64,000 nt of DNA from Octopus sinensis (taxonomy: Eukaryota), in NCBI RefSeq assembly GCF_006345805.1, contig NC_043016.1, positions 19,654,001 through 19,718,000 of the forward strand, given 5' to 3'. A program made the position numbers and the translations under genes. Shown one piece after another: positions 50,274 to 62,573 of this stretch. Below the pieces are notes generated by a model. The model worked only from the letters and a program-made list of their open reading frames with translations, was not told the DNA's origin and searched no databases. Within the stretch, counting starts at the first letter, position 1, and each line of letters begins with the position of its first letter.

Positions 50274-50799
50274 TTGGATTAACTAATACCTTGCAAGAGA
50301 AAACTTATAGACTGAAACTAAAGAAGTATGTCGAGTGGGTGTGTGTGTGTGGGAGGGTGTACATTTGTGTGAATGAGTTTATATTTTCCCTTATCTTTGT
50401 GTGTGTTTGCTAACTGCAAACAAAGGCTTTGTTGTCAATACAGTCAGTGTCCTTTGCTTGCAGTCCATTGCAAAGACATGCTTGTGCTTCTTGGCATTTT
50501 GTGCAACGTTTGTATACAAAATACTCATTCAACCAACAATGTTTGTTTCCAGTTCAGTGCATAGCTATGATAGGGCTGTTCATTGTTCAGGAGATTAGAG
50601 TTTTATTATTTTGTCTGGAAACAGGTAAGGATTGGTGACAGGAAGGACATCTGTCCATAGAAAATTTACCTCAGCAAATTCTGTTTGACTGATGCAAGCA
50701 TAGAAAAGTGAACATTGAAATAATGACAATTAGCATTGGCAGTGTAAGAAAAGAACAAGAAATGGCTTTAATCAAGAACTGGAAATGGCATTACTAAAA

Positions 50800-51170
50800 T
50801 GATGATGTGACTATCTTTGCTGGACACCTGAGACTTGATGTAGCTTGTACCCTTCTTGATTGTTTTTCAGTTGACCTTCAAGGCAAAAGAGGAAAAGGCT
50901 AGAGTAACCCTAGGGGGTTGATAGTATGGAGAGGATGGTGAATGTGTGGCACCTGGGTGAGAGGTGAAACCAGATACATTGTGGGTGATGGGAGGAGAAA
51001 AGGTGTGTTGAGTGGCTGTGAGTGTTGGTTGTAGTAACTAGCTTACTGGAAACTTCAGAGACTATTGCTATAATGGGAGTAGAAGAGACCAAGGGAGGAT
51101 ACAATGTATCTGTTGGTCAGAGATTGGTGAGCAAATGTTTGTAAATCATTCGGATAGCCTTCCAGATGCA
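50800..51170 (-). mobile_element. Ancient CR1/L2-type LINE 3' ORF fragment
   Basis: Frameshifted LFYSHY...THSHSTHLFSSHHPQCI...PRCHTF..SIL resembles the CR1/L2 C-terminal pattern SLFYRYY...HSTR.S..HP..V..PR. Confidence 0.4.
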
Positions 51171-52233
51171 GTCTCGGGTGTGTATGTGTGTTTGTGTGCA
51201 TGCACATGCATGGGTAGCAGCAAGAGCATCATAGATATAGGATCAGTTCTCAGTTAAGGGTATTATTAGAATTTCATGTTGTCAGAAGTTGTTTGAAGCT
51301 AAATTATTCTCTGGCATTCAATGGAAAGTCTTGTGATTTGAATCTAGTTTTAGTTATGAATGTGAGACAATCGAGAGATATCATGGTAGTAAGAGAGCAA
51401 ATAATATAAATTTTGTCCTATTGTAAGGTTGTAATTTGGAGGTTTTAATTGCATTTTACTCAAAATTAGAGATTACTTAGGACCAATTCAGTAATTATGA
51501 AGAAACATTATGAATATAAATTTACATTTGGGAGTTAAAAAGAAAATCATGTTCCAACTGGAGACCAAGTCTAGATGCACACAACATGGTAGATTTGGCT
51601 AAAAGCACTGAAGACTAAGATAGTAGTGTTAAGCCATAGGATTACTGCATACCTACCTGTACAATGTCATCTTGAATGTGTGACTCTCCATGATCATATT
51701 TTTGCACCTAAAAATCAGTAATATATTTTTATCTTATTTTTTAAATATCATCATCATCATCATCAGTTAACATCTGTTGTCCATGCTGGCATGGGTTGGA
51801 TGGTTTGATCTAAGCTGGAGAGCTGCATCAGATTCCGGTCTGATTTAGAATGGTTTCTACAACTGGATGCCTTCCTAATGCCAACCGTTTCACAGTGTGT
51901 GCTTTGTGCTTTTAATGTGGCACTGCACAAGTACTTTGATGTGTCACTGGCATGAATGCTTTTTTGATGTCACTTGCACAGGCCTGTCCTCTTCACCAGG
52001 GGGAGTAACCTTAACACTACTGTTATGAGTATGGGTCTTCTTGAGTAATATTTTACATACTCTAGTATTATAATGTTATACTTGCAATTTTAACTCTGAT
52101 GCTTTATATTAAATTTCTTGCATTTGCACTGACCTGGGGTTGATCTGGAACCAACCAGTAACATCAATTAGTATCCCTACTAGTTTGATCTATTCCAAAA
52201 GCTGAAATGTTTAATATATATATATATATATAT

Positions 52234-52282
<49 letters not shown>

Positions 52283-53111
52283 TACAGAGATAGAGAGAAA
52301 GGGAGATCTTCTTTACTCTTTCAGTCTATCTTCTCTTATAAATGAAAATCTAGTCTTTTGTTTTTCTTAGTATTTTTGTCTTGTTTTTTTAAAAAAAGTT
52401 TTTCATGCTAGAATGAATTGAAGGGGGTTTGCAAATCTGGGTTATTTCAACAGCTGGGCCCTTTTCTTAGCACCAACCATCTTATCCTGGTGTGAGACAG
52501 GTACTTTATAATTTCAGAGGATAGCTGTCTTTTTGTTTTTTTTGCTTTTTTTTCTCCCTAACTACCATTTACAAGGACTCTTTATTTTCAAATATTGAAT
52601 AATTTTCTCTAAATGGCTTTAATTTCTATTACCATTTTTATATTGTTGATATTTAACTAAAATTTAATAAACTCTGCAAATATTTTTCTGGTTGTTTTAT
52701 TTAAGTTCAAGCTGTTTTATTCCTAACTTTATCTCACTCCTAACATCTTACGCCTAGTATTGACATAACCTTTACTTTTAAGTGTACGCCAGTTCTTTAT
52801 TTACTGTTTCTAACTGGCATAATGATTGTTACTCTATTAAACTCTAATTGTTAACTAAACAGATGGTCTAACCGAAAGTAGGTTAGCATTTCAGAGACAT
52901 CAAATTAAGAGTTGGATGCAAAGAAACCTTTCAGATATACTGTTCCGAAATCTGTGCTTAGGTGTATGTATATATATATATATATAAGTTCTTCTCTTTA
53001 TCATCATCATCATTATCATCGTCGTCATCATCATCATCATCATCATTATTATTATTATTATTATTGAAAATGTAAAACCTGGATTGTCCTTTTTTTTTTT
53101 CTTTTTTATAG

Positions 53112-53424
53112 AAATCCTAGATTATATGGAGATTTTCAACATGTAACACATTCTAAGCAAGACTGGCAGCAGCAGCAGAATGATAATAACAATAATACTA
53201 GTAATAATAGTAATAATATTAACAACAACAATAGCACAACAAACACACAGTCTGATTACATGGATATGTCTGGAAGACACCAAGAAAGGACAAAGCATCA
53301 AACAGAATGGACACGTGTTAGATCCCAAATGTCTGATAGTAACAGAGGCCTGTACGGCTCAGTTTCCTTTGACAAAATAAAGGACCTCAGTTCTCCCGAA
53401 TCTTCACTCAGTTCCTCTCAGAAA
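53112..53424 (+). CDS. Internal coding exon (313 bp, phase 2 to 0) of the same gene
   Basis: Long poly-T acceptor ...cttttttatAG. Open frame NPRLYGDFQHVTHSKQDWQQQQNDNNNNTSNNSNNINNNNSTTNTQSDYMDMSGRH...SSSQK, AAA|GTAAGT donor. Phase matches the 41089 donor (TT+A). Confidence 0.85.
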
Positions 53425-53639
53425 GTAAGTCTCTATTACCATTCAATTCTTATGCTCTGATTTTTTTTTTTTTTTTTTGGTTTTCTTTAATAAATTTCTT
53501 TAATAGTTGTTTTTGCTTTATAAAAGGCAGGGTTAAAAAATCAAAAATCTACAGATTTGTATTGTTTCAATAACCATATGTATGATCACACATAAGCACG
53601 CATAATTATGTGTGTGTATATATAAACATGCACACGATC

Positions 53640-53842
53640 TGTTTACATACAGTATTGCCTTCTAATTTATGTATCTATGTATGAATATACATGTATACAT
53701 ATATGTATATACATATATGTGTATACATGTATGAAGGTGTGTGTGTATATATATAGATGTGTGTGTACATATATGTATGCATATCTGTATAGGTGTGTTT
53801 ATTTATATGTATGTATATGTGTGTGTATATATTTTGTGTGTA

Positions 53843-53874
<32 letters not shown>

Positions 53875-54109
53875 GATAGATAGATAGAAAGATATGCATG
53901 TATATAAACGTGTGTGGATGTTTATATATGTGTGTATGTATATATTTATGTGCACATGTTTGTATATATATGTATGTTTGTATGTATATTCATAAATGTG
54001 TTTATATATATGTAACATATGGTATAATTATAAACAGGGCATGTATGTATGTACATTCATCAATGTGTGTGTGTGTATATACATATATATATGTATACGT
54101 ATGTATATA

Positions 54110-54150
<41 letters not shown>

Positions 54151-54380
54151 ACGTATGTATATATATATTCATTTATACATATTATATATATAATTATATA
54201 TATATGTACACGTATATATATAATTATATATATTTATTTATACATATATATTTATACATGTAATTATGTACATACATATATACATGTAATTTTATATATA
54301 TAAATGTATATATATATAATTATACATGTAAGTATATATATATTATACATGTAAGTATATATATTAATTATACATGTAAG

Positions 54381-54420
<40 letters not shown>

Positions 54421-54495
54421 ATAATTATATATATATATAATATATATATATATATTTATACATGTAATTATGTACATATATATATATATACACAT
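53640..54495. repeat. Compound (TA)n/(TG)n microsatellite tract
   Basis: Almost pure alternating purine-pyrimidine sequence. Confidence 0.95.
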
Positions 54496-54511
54496 ACACA
54501 TAATTCTCATT

Positions 54512-57175
54512 ATCATTTAATGTTTGTTGTCCATGCTGGTATGGGTTAGATGGTTTGGCAAGGGCTAGAAGGCTGCACCAGACTCCAGTCTGATTTGATA
54601 TGATCTCTTCGGCTGGATGCCCTTCCTAACGCCAACCACTCCAAGTGTGTAACTGGTGCTTTTACGTGCCACCGGCACAGGTGCCATTTGCATGACACTA
54701 GTATCTACCATGACTGTGATTTTACTTGGCTTGATGAGTCTTCTTCTCAAGCACAACATAATGCCAAAAGTGTCAGTCATTCATCATTGCCTCTGTGGGG
54801 CCCAATACTTGAAAAGAGCTTTTCACATGCCACCAGCATTGGGCACTTTGCCTCTATGTGACCCACTGCTCAATTGGTGCTTTTTATGTGCCACCTGTAT
54901 GGGTACCAGTTATGTGACACCAGCATTTCACCAAAGGTCTCGGTCACTAGTCATTACTTCTGTGATGGCCAAAGTTCAAAAATCATACTTCACCACCTCA
55001 TCCCATGTCTTCCTAAGTCTACTTCTACCACCGGTTCCCTTCACAGAGATTGGCACTTCTTTATACAGCTGTCCTTGTCCACACGCATAACATGACCATA
55101 CCAACACAGTTGTCTCTCTTGCACACCACATCTTTCTCTTAGTATGCTTACACTCTGTTGAACATGCACTCTTTCGTTGCACACTGGCTTCATTTCTTTC
55201 AAGCCTACACATGTCCTCAGCTGTCACAAATGATGCTTCACTGCTATGTAGCATAGCTGTTTGCTCACGGGCATTGTACTATCTGTCTTTCACTCTGCGT
55301 GTGAGGCCCTTTATTGCCAGCAGAGGTCAGATCTCTCTGAACTCTGCCCAGCCTAATCTTATTCTCACAGCTACACTCTCGGAGCATCCACTTCTGCTAC
55401 TAACTTGGTAACCTAGATAAACGGAAGGTATCTATTACCTCTAGCTTACCACCCTGGCAGTTGATGGAGTCTATTTTCTGTACATTTTCAGTGTTTATTG
55501 TACCTGTGCATCTTACACATACAAAAGCTATTTTTCCTGTTAACCTTCCTCTGATTTTGCTACACCTCTTATGTGTCCATATCTTACACCAAGTACATCT
55601 TATTAGTTTCTACCTATACCTTTTCTACAGATCGAACAGGGCTATCAGCCTGAAGGGATTTATGATTTGTCTGCCTTCCTACTTACTAAGACTTTGGTTT
55701 TTGCTACGTTAACTCTAAGGCCCTTTGATTCTAGACCTTGCTTCCATATCTGAAACTTCTCTAGTTCTGGTAGTGATTCAGCTTTAAAAACAAGGTCATC
55801 AGCATAGAGTAGCTCCCAGGGGCAGCTTATCTTAAATTCCTCTGTTATTACTGGAGGACTATGATGAGTAAAAAGGGACCAAGGACCAATCCTTGGTGTA
55901 CCCTTACATGTACCCTGAATCTTTTGCTGTACTCATTGCCAACCCTCACCTTACTGGTAGCATCCCTGTACATGCTCTCACCAACCTCTGATCTATCCCT
56001 AGTTTCTGCATTGATCACCAGATAAGGGACTGAGGGACCCTGTCAAAGGCTTTCTCCAAGTCAACAAAAACCAAGTACAGAGGTTCATCTTTGGCTATGT
56101 ATTTCTTTTGTAGCTGCCTTACCAGAAATATAATATCAGTGTTGCTTCTCCCTGGCACAAAACCAAACTGCATCTCATCTAGACTAACACTCTTCCTAAT
56201 TAGTTGGGTTATGACCCTCTCCATAATTTTCATCACCTGATCCAACAATTTGATACCTCTGTTATTATTTCTCTCTAAGAGGCATCACCTTTACCTTTGT
56301 AGCAGTTGACTATGGTATTGCGCCACCAGTCATTGGATATGACTTCTTCATGAACCACCTGATTTACAATACAGGTGACTAGACCATAACCCACACCACC
56401 AGATATTTTAAGTGGTGATTCCTGATGGGCCTGGAGCTTTCCCTGTCTTCATATCCTTAATTGCTTTATCTACCAGGGTACTGTTGATTCAGATAGCTGG
56501 TCCCTCAGTTGGATCAACATTTGGCAGACTCTCTTCCTGGCATGCATTCTCTACATTTAGTAGTCTTTCATAATGGCATTTCCAAGCCTCTTTCTTTGCA
56601 GAATCATTAAATACAAGTGCACCATCATCCATGCAGACACATTTCTCTCCTATGACATCACAATTTTCTCCCAATCTGAAACACTTGATGTCTTTGGTCC
56701 TCACGTCGATGAAAATAGACAAACAACTTCTTTTTTGCTTCTCCCCTGGCTAGATATACCTGTCTCCTAGCTTTCCTTCTGGTTATCTGATACAGTTCCC
56801 TGTTACCCTCAGTCTTCCAGGACTGCTTCTTTGTCTTGTCTACAGCATCGTTCCACCACATCACCCTATGTCTGGATGGGACTTTGCACCAGCTGCAGAT
56901 TTGATCTGTGGCACTCATCAATCTGTTGTATAGGAATTCCCAGTTGCCCTCTATGTCGCAAGTCTGTAATTCCTCCTCCCTCTCATCAAATTTCTCAGTT
57001 AGGATGTCCCTAAATCTCAGACCATATGGAGGGTCCTTAAGCTTCCAAGTCCATCTTTTCCAGATTGGTCTGTTTCTTGGCATCCTTCTGGCCTGGAGTC
57101 TAAAGTCAGTGATGACTAGTCTATGCTGAAGGATACATTCTTCATTTGAAAGGGTTTTGTATTTAGGAACAACCA
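54512..57175 (-). mobile_element. 5'-truncated degenerate RTE-clade LINE (end of APE, RT, C-terminus, 3' UTR)
   Basis: QHRLVITDFRL (APE end). RT segment KIMERVITQLIRKSVSLDEMQFGFVPGRSNTDIIFLVRQLQKKY...LVFVDLEKAFDRVP, C-terminal GRSRLRKTWDEVV, RTE tail. Many stops and frameshifts. Confidence 0.92.
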
Positions 57176-57224
<49 letters not shown>

Positions 57225-57251
57225 GTATGTAATAATAATAATAATAATACC

Positions 57252-57722
57252 AATAATTCTAGGATGGAACTTATAAATATTTAATACATCACTGAGCATT
57301 TCCACAAATTGCACAATTTTAACATCACAGTTTGTATCCTTGGGATGAGTACAGTATAGTCCGTATAATCTGTGGGTATCCAGTTGATCATCATCATTGA
57401 TTCATTTCATCGGGCGATACTGCATTAGTGGATGAATCACAGAGGGATGTTTATCCATTCTTGCCTGTATGAAGGCCAATCAAGCTATATCCTTCATATC
57501 CTTAATAACTATTTGCTAGATTGGCCATCAATACGAGCAAGAATGGATAAACATCTCTCTGTGATTCATCTACTAATGCAGTATCGCCTGATGAAATGAG
57601 TCAATGATGATGATCAACCGGATACCCACGGATACTACAGACTATGATGTTAAAATCGTGCAATTTGTGGAAATGCTCATAGTGATGTATGAAATATTCA
57701 TAAGTTCCATCCTAGAATTATT
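57252..57722. mobile_element. Fold-back element with ~200-235-bp inverted arms and (TTA)n outer tails
   Basis: AATAATTCTAGGATGGAAC... versus ...GTTCCATCCTAGAATTATT. ~30-nt loop, 29-nt insertion in the left arm, third terminal fragment at ~57931-57975. Confidence 0.85.
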
Positions 57723-57977
57723 ATTATTATTGTATTTATCCTACATTATATTGGTATAACTGTTATGCAATTCCGAGAAACTGACTTACTAGTCACTATC
57801 ATTTGAGGGTAGCTGGTATAATGAAATAGGAGCTTTATTTGCATACCCCTAATGTTACCATGAATGAATTTAAAAGACATATATATCCAAGGATTGTGAT
57901 CTTAAAGTCATGTGATTTGTAGAAATAAGCATAGCAATGCATTAAATGTTTATGAATTCCATCCTAGGATTATTATT

Positions 57978-58036
<59 letters not shown>

Positions 58037-58258
58037 CCATAATAAGATAATTCATTTATCTACTTCAATATACTCTCGGAGTGGTTGGCGTTAGGAAGGG
58101 CATCCAGCCGTAGAAACACTGCCAGACTTGACTGGGCCTGATGCAGCCTTCTGGCTTCACAGACCCCAGTAGAACCGTCCAACCCATGCTAGCATGGAAA
58201 GCGGACGCTAAACGATGATGAGGATGATGATGAATATATATATATATATATATATATA

Positions 58259-58482
58259 TTTCTTTACTACCCACAAGGGGCTAAACACAGAGGGGACAAA
58301 CAAGGACAGACAAAGGGATTAAGTCGACTACATCGACCCCAGTGCGTAACTGGTACTTAATTTATCGACCCCGAAAGGATGAAAGGCAAAGTCGACCTCG
58401 GCGGAATTTGAACTCGGAACGTAACGACAGACGAAATACGGCTACGAATCTCGCCCGGCGTGCTAACGTTTCTACCAGCTCG

Positions 58483-58485
<3 letters not shown>
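58259..58485 (-). mobile_element. tRNA-derived SINE, family A (young), next to an RTE tail at 58075-58230
   Basis: CpG-rich, near-consensus copy. Confidence 0.9.
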
Positions 58486-58523
<38 letters not shown>

Positions 58524-59074
58524 CATGTATGTTCGTATGTGCATGTATATGCATCTACATGGATATTTGTATGTATGTATGTGTGTGTGTGTAGTGTGTA
58601 TATATGTCTTCTCAAGCACAACATAATGCCAAACGTCTCGGTTATTGCCTCTGTGAGGCCCAACACTTGAGTCCTCATCATTTTAACATCCACTTTTCCA
58701 TGTTCACATGTTTCAGATGGAATCTGTTGAGACAGGTTCTTTGCAACTTGATTGCCTTCCTGTTGCCAACCTTCGCTTCTCATTTCCAAGTAAGGTAATA
58801 TTTACTCATGGCCAGACATAGAATATTGGAAACAAACAGCACCATTTGTATAATGGTGATGCTCATTCACAACTATCACATTATGTCAAAGCAAGGTGAC
58901 ACAACTGTGACAGGCTTCTTTCAGTTTCCAGTTACTGAATGCCAAATGCACTTGGGAGTTGTTGATTGACCTCAGGCTATAGTAGAAGACATGTGCCCAA
59001 ATTGCCACACAGTAGGACTGAACCTAAAACCATCTGATTTGGAAGCAAACTTCTTAACCACACAGCCACATCTT

Positions 59075-59118
<44 letters not shown>

Positions 59119-59119
59119 A

Positions 59120-59822
59120 TACATCATCATCATCGTTTAACATCTGTTTTCCACAGCTGGCATGAGTTGGATGGTTTGACTGGGGACTGGCAAACCAGGA
59201 GGTTGCACCAGTCTCCAATCTGATCTGGCAATGTTTCTACAGCTGGATGTCCTTCCTAATGCCAACCATTCTGAGGGTGTAGTGGGTGCTTTTTATGTGC
59301 CACTGGCTCGGGAGCTAGTCAGGCAGCATTGGTGTTAACCATGTTCAGATGGTGCTTTTTATGTGCTACTAGCAAAGTAGCCAGTCGGGGCAGTGGGGCT
59401 GGCATTGACCACATTCGGTGCTTTTTACATGCCACCAGCACGGGGAGCCAGTCAGGCAGCACTGGCAATGACCCACGCATGAATGGTGCATATTGCGTGC
59501 AACTAGCACTACAATTTCCATTTTGATTTGATTGAGATACTGATAGTGATTTTGATTTTTGATTTTACTTGACTCAATAAGTCTCCTCCAGCATGGCATG
59601 TTGCCCGACAATTCAAAGATGCTTTTTAAATGGGCTGGTTATGTGACACTGGTATAGGCTATGGCTGTGATCTCACTTTACTTACTGGGTCTTCTCAATT
59701 ACAACATGTCTCCAGATGTCTTGGGTCTCTTGTCATTGCCTCTGTGAGGCCCAACGTTCGAAGGTTGTGCTTCACCACCTCATCCTATGTCTTCTTGGGT
59801 CTCCCTCTTTCATGGGTTCCTT
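59120..59822 (-). mobile_element. RTE-clade LINE 3' end
   Basis: RTE tail, ~60-bp repeated GGTGCTTTT subunits and the C-terminal GRPKKT*DEVVKHNL segment. Confidence 0.8.
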
Positions 59823-60870
59823 CCACTGTTAGGGAGTGACCATCCATCCATCCATTAGTTTAACTTCCACTTTCCCATGTTTGCATCAGTTGGAGAGAAT
59901 CTTATTGTAGATTTTCGATGACCGGATGCACTCCCAATTTCCTTCAGTTTCCAACTCTCACCTGTTTAAGGGTGAGGTAATATGTACCCATGCAATGTTA
60001 AGGCAAGGAGATAACACACTTCTTTCAATTTCTGCATACTAAATCCAATCACAAGGCTTCGGTTAGCTCTGAGCTAGAGTGAAAGACACTTGCCTAAAGT
60101 GCCGTGGTTGGGAAGCAAGCTTCTTATCATATAGCCATGCCTGTGCCTGTATATCTCTCAGTCTGTCTGTCTCTCCATCCATCCATCCAAATCTGGGTAA
60201 AATACCTTATAGAGTATTCTACAAGCTCTTCTATGGATATCGGTTAGCAAGTGTTATACAGTAGGACTTCTCCTGTTACTGGATATACATGTGGAAATCT
60301 GCAAATATCATAGAGTATAAACAAAAAAATTTCAATATGGGGAGATGGATTGAACGGGCTTTATTACATTGGGACAAATCACTGCAATTGTTTCAGTGCA
60401 CCATTATCGGCTGTTAATTGCTGAATGTTACATCAATTATGTGCAATATTACATTAATATGATTCAATAATAACTGTATACATGCACATCCTGGGGTGGC
60501 CAGAGTCAAAACACTGCTGTATCATCTTTAGTTTCACCAAATTACTCCTCCATCCCCATCAAATATTATTTTTAGATTCCTCTAACAAAGAGGAATGAGG
60601 AAATATAAAGAGATACAAGTTTAATAAAACACCTAACAAAAACAAATTAAGGGAAATGAAAAAAAATAAAGAAACTTGTTGGGAATTTTAGAAGAATAAT
60701 AAAGAACATTTAAAGATAAGAATATCATAAAAGAATAACCTTTGACAATTACCCTTTGCGTCTGTTACCATTCCACTTCAAAGAAAATCAGTTCACTTCC
60801 TTAAGTCAGCATGGTACCAAAAGCTGTTATCTTACAGACTTAGTTTTAGAAATGCAGTATCATTTCCACT

Positions 60871-61278
60871 TACTTACTTGTACTTGTGGCGACATTCACC
60901 CTGGGCGGGTTGAGTCGGCTTCTTCTACCACCCTTGAGGCATCTCGAACCATGGCGGTGGAAGAAGTTTCGTGGGAATATGAATTTCACAAGCAGTCCCC
61001 AACAATCCCGCATGTAGAGACATCCTGTTTGCCGCAGATTGTCCGCAGACGCAGGGACAGAACGACCGAGGAGCCACCGGTTACCGAAACAGACACTCCG
61101 AGGATTTTCACCAGAGCCCCGTCTGCTGGGTTATGGCCCTAATACCACTCGGTGTCAGACCAATCTGCCTTGGGTGGCCCTACCAGGAACTGAAGTTCCT
61201 GACGGCATAGCTCTGACACTACCTGTCGCCAGCATCCCCACAATGGTGAGGAGGGGATGGACTTTGCGGACGCTAAGT
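60871..61278 (-). mobile_element. Complete 408-bp non-autonomous RTE-derived (bipartite 5'UTR + 3' end) retroelement
   Basis: 16-bp TSD CAGTATCATT(T/G)CCACT at 60855-60870 and 61279-61294. RTE-like 5' motif GAGCTATGCC...GGTAGGGCCACCCAAGGC, (CAAGTA)n-type tail, GC/CpG-rich. Confidence 0.75.
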
Positions 61279-61558
61279 CAGTATCATTGCCACTGTCTCA
61301 ACTCTGTTGCTTTTTAAGTCATTAAGAGACGCTATTAAACTAACGAAGTTAGTTACATTCACAGGTACATGTACACATTTATTATTGTAATAATACTTAT
61401 TCAATTGATCTCGTAGTAATATATATATATAGACTGTACTAGTATATAGAACAGGGGTTGCCTCTTTGAGCTGGGAAATGAATAGAATGCCTAGTGTGTG
61501 TCTTGCTGTAGCTACCCCCTCCTAAAAAAATGGGGAATAGGCCTGAGTTTATATAAAA

Positions 61559-61562
<4 letters not shown>

Positions 61563-61590
<28 letters not shown>

Positions 61591-62113
61591 AATATATATA
61601 TATGTATGTATATATATATATGTATATATATATGTATATGTATATATATATGTATATATGTATATATATATGTATATATATATATGTTATATATATATAT
61701 ATGTATATGTATATATATATATGTATATGTATGTATATATAATATGTATATGTATGTATATTATATATGTATATATATATTATATATATATATATTATAT
61801 ATATGTATATATATATATATATGTATATATATGTGTGTATATATATATATATGTATATATATGTGTGTATATATATGTATGTATATATGTGTATATATAT
61901 ATGTATATATGTATATATATGTGTATATATGTATATATATGTGTATATATATATATGTATGTATATATATGTATATATATGTATGTATATATATGTATAT
62001 ATGTATGTATATATATATGTATATATATGTATATATATGTATGTATATATATATGTATATGTATATATATATGTATATATATATTATATGTATATATATA
62101 TGTATGATTTGCG

Positions 62114-62146
<33 letters not shown>

Positions 62147-62390
62147 GTATGATTTGCGTATATATATATATATATTATATATATATATATGTATGATGTG
62201 TGTATATATATATGTATGTGTGTGTGTATATATATATATATGTATATGTGTGTGTATATGTGTGTGTGTGTGTGTATGTATGTGTGTGTGTGTGTATATA
62301 TATATATGTGTGTGTATATGTGTGTGGTGTGTATATATATATATGTGTGTGTATATGTGTGTGTGTGTGTATATGTATGTATATAATAAC
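61563..62390. repeat. Compound (TA)n/(TG)n microsatellite tract
   Basis: ~830 bp of alternating purine-pyrimidine sequence. Confidence 0.95.
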
Positions 62391-62434
62391 AATAATAGAA
62401 TATAACAACAAAAGAATGAAACAATATTAGAGAA

Positions 62435-62541
62435 TACAGTTCTATATCTAAGAGATGTGGAATTATGTACATTATTTACATTCGACGGATATTTGTCCTC
62501 ACCAAGATGAGGACAAAATATCCATCGAATGTAAATAATGT
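62435..62541. mobile_element. Minimal copy of the inverted-tail element at 42820-43230
   Basis: 12-bp TSD AATATTAGAGAA at 62423-62434 and 62542-62553. Same distal extension (GTTCTATAT.TAAGAGATG.GGAATTA) and inverted TGAGGACAAA(A)TATCC.TC.AATGTAAATAATGTA tails. Confidence 0.85.
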
Positions 62542-62573
62542 AATATTAGAGAAATAGAGGATTATTTATATAT

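Noticed and set aside
57588-57625. Hammerhead at CTGATGA in the 57-kb fold-back
   Set aside because: No stem II or GAAA follows, and the other arm has CCGATGA.
61498-62472. Long I/Y/C/V/H/T-rich ORFs (232, 225, 212, 180 aa)
   Set aside because: These are translations of (TA)n/(TG)n microsatellite, which lacks stop codons by composition. The same applies to ORFs at 4025-4361, 7564-7839 and 53675-54303.
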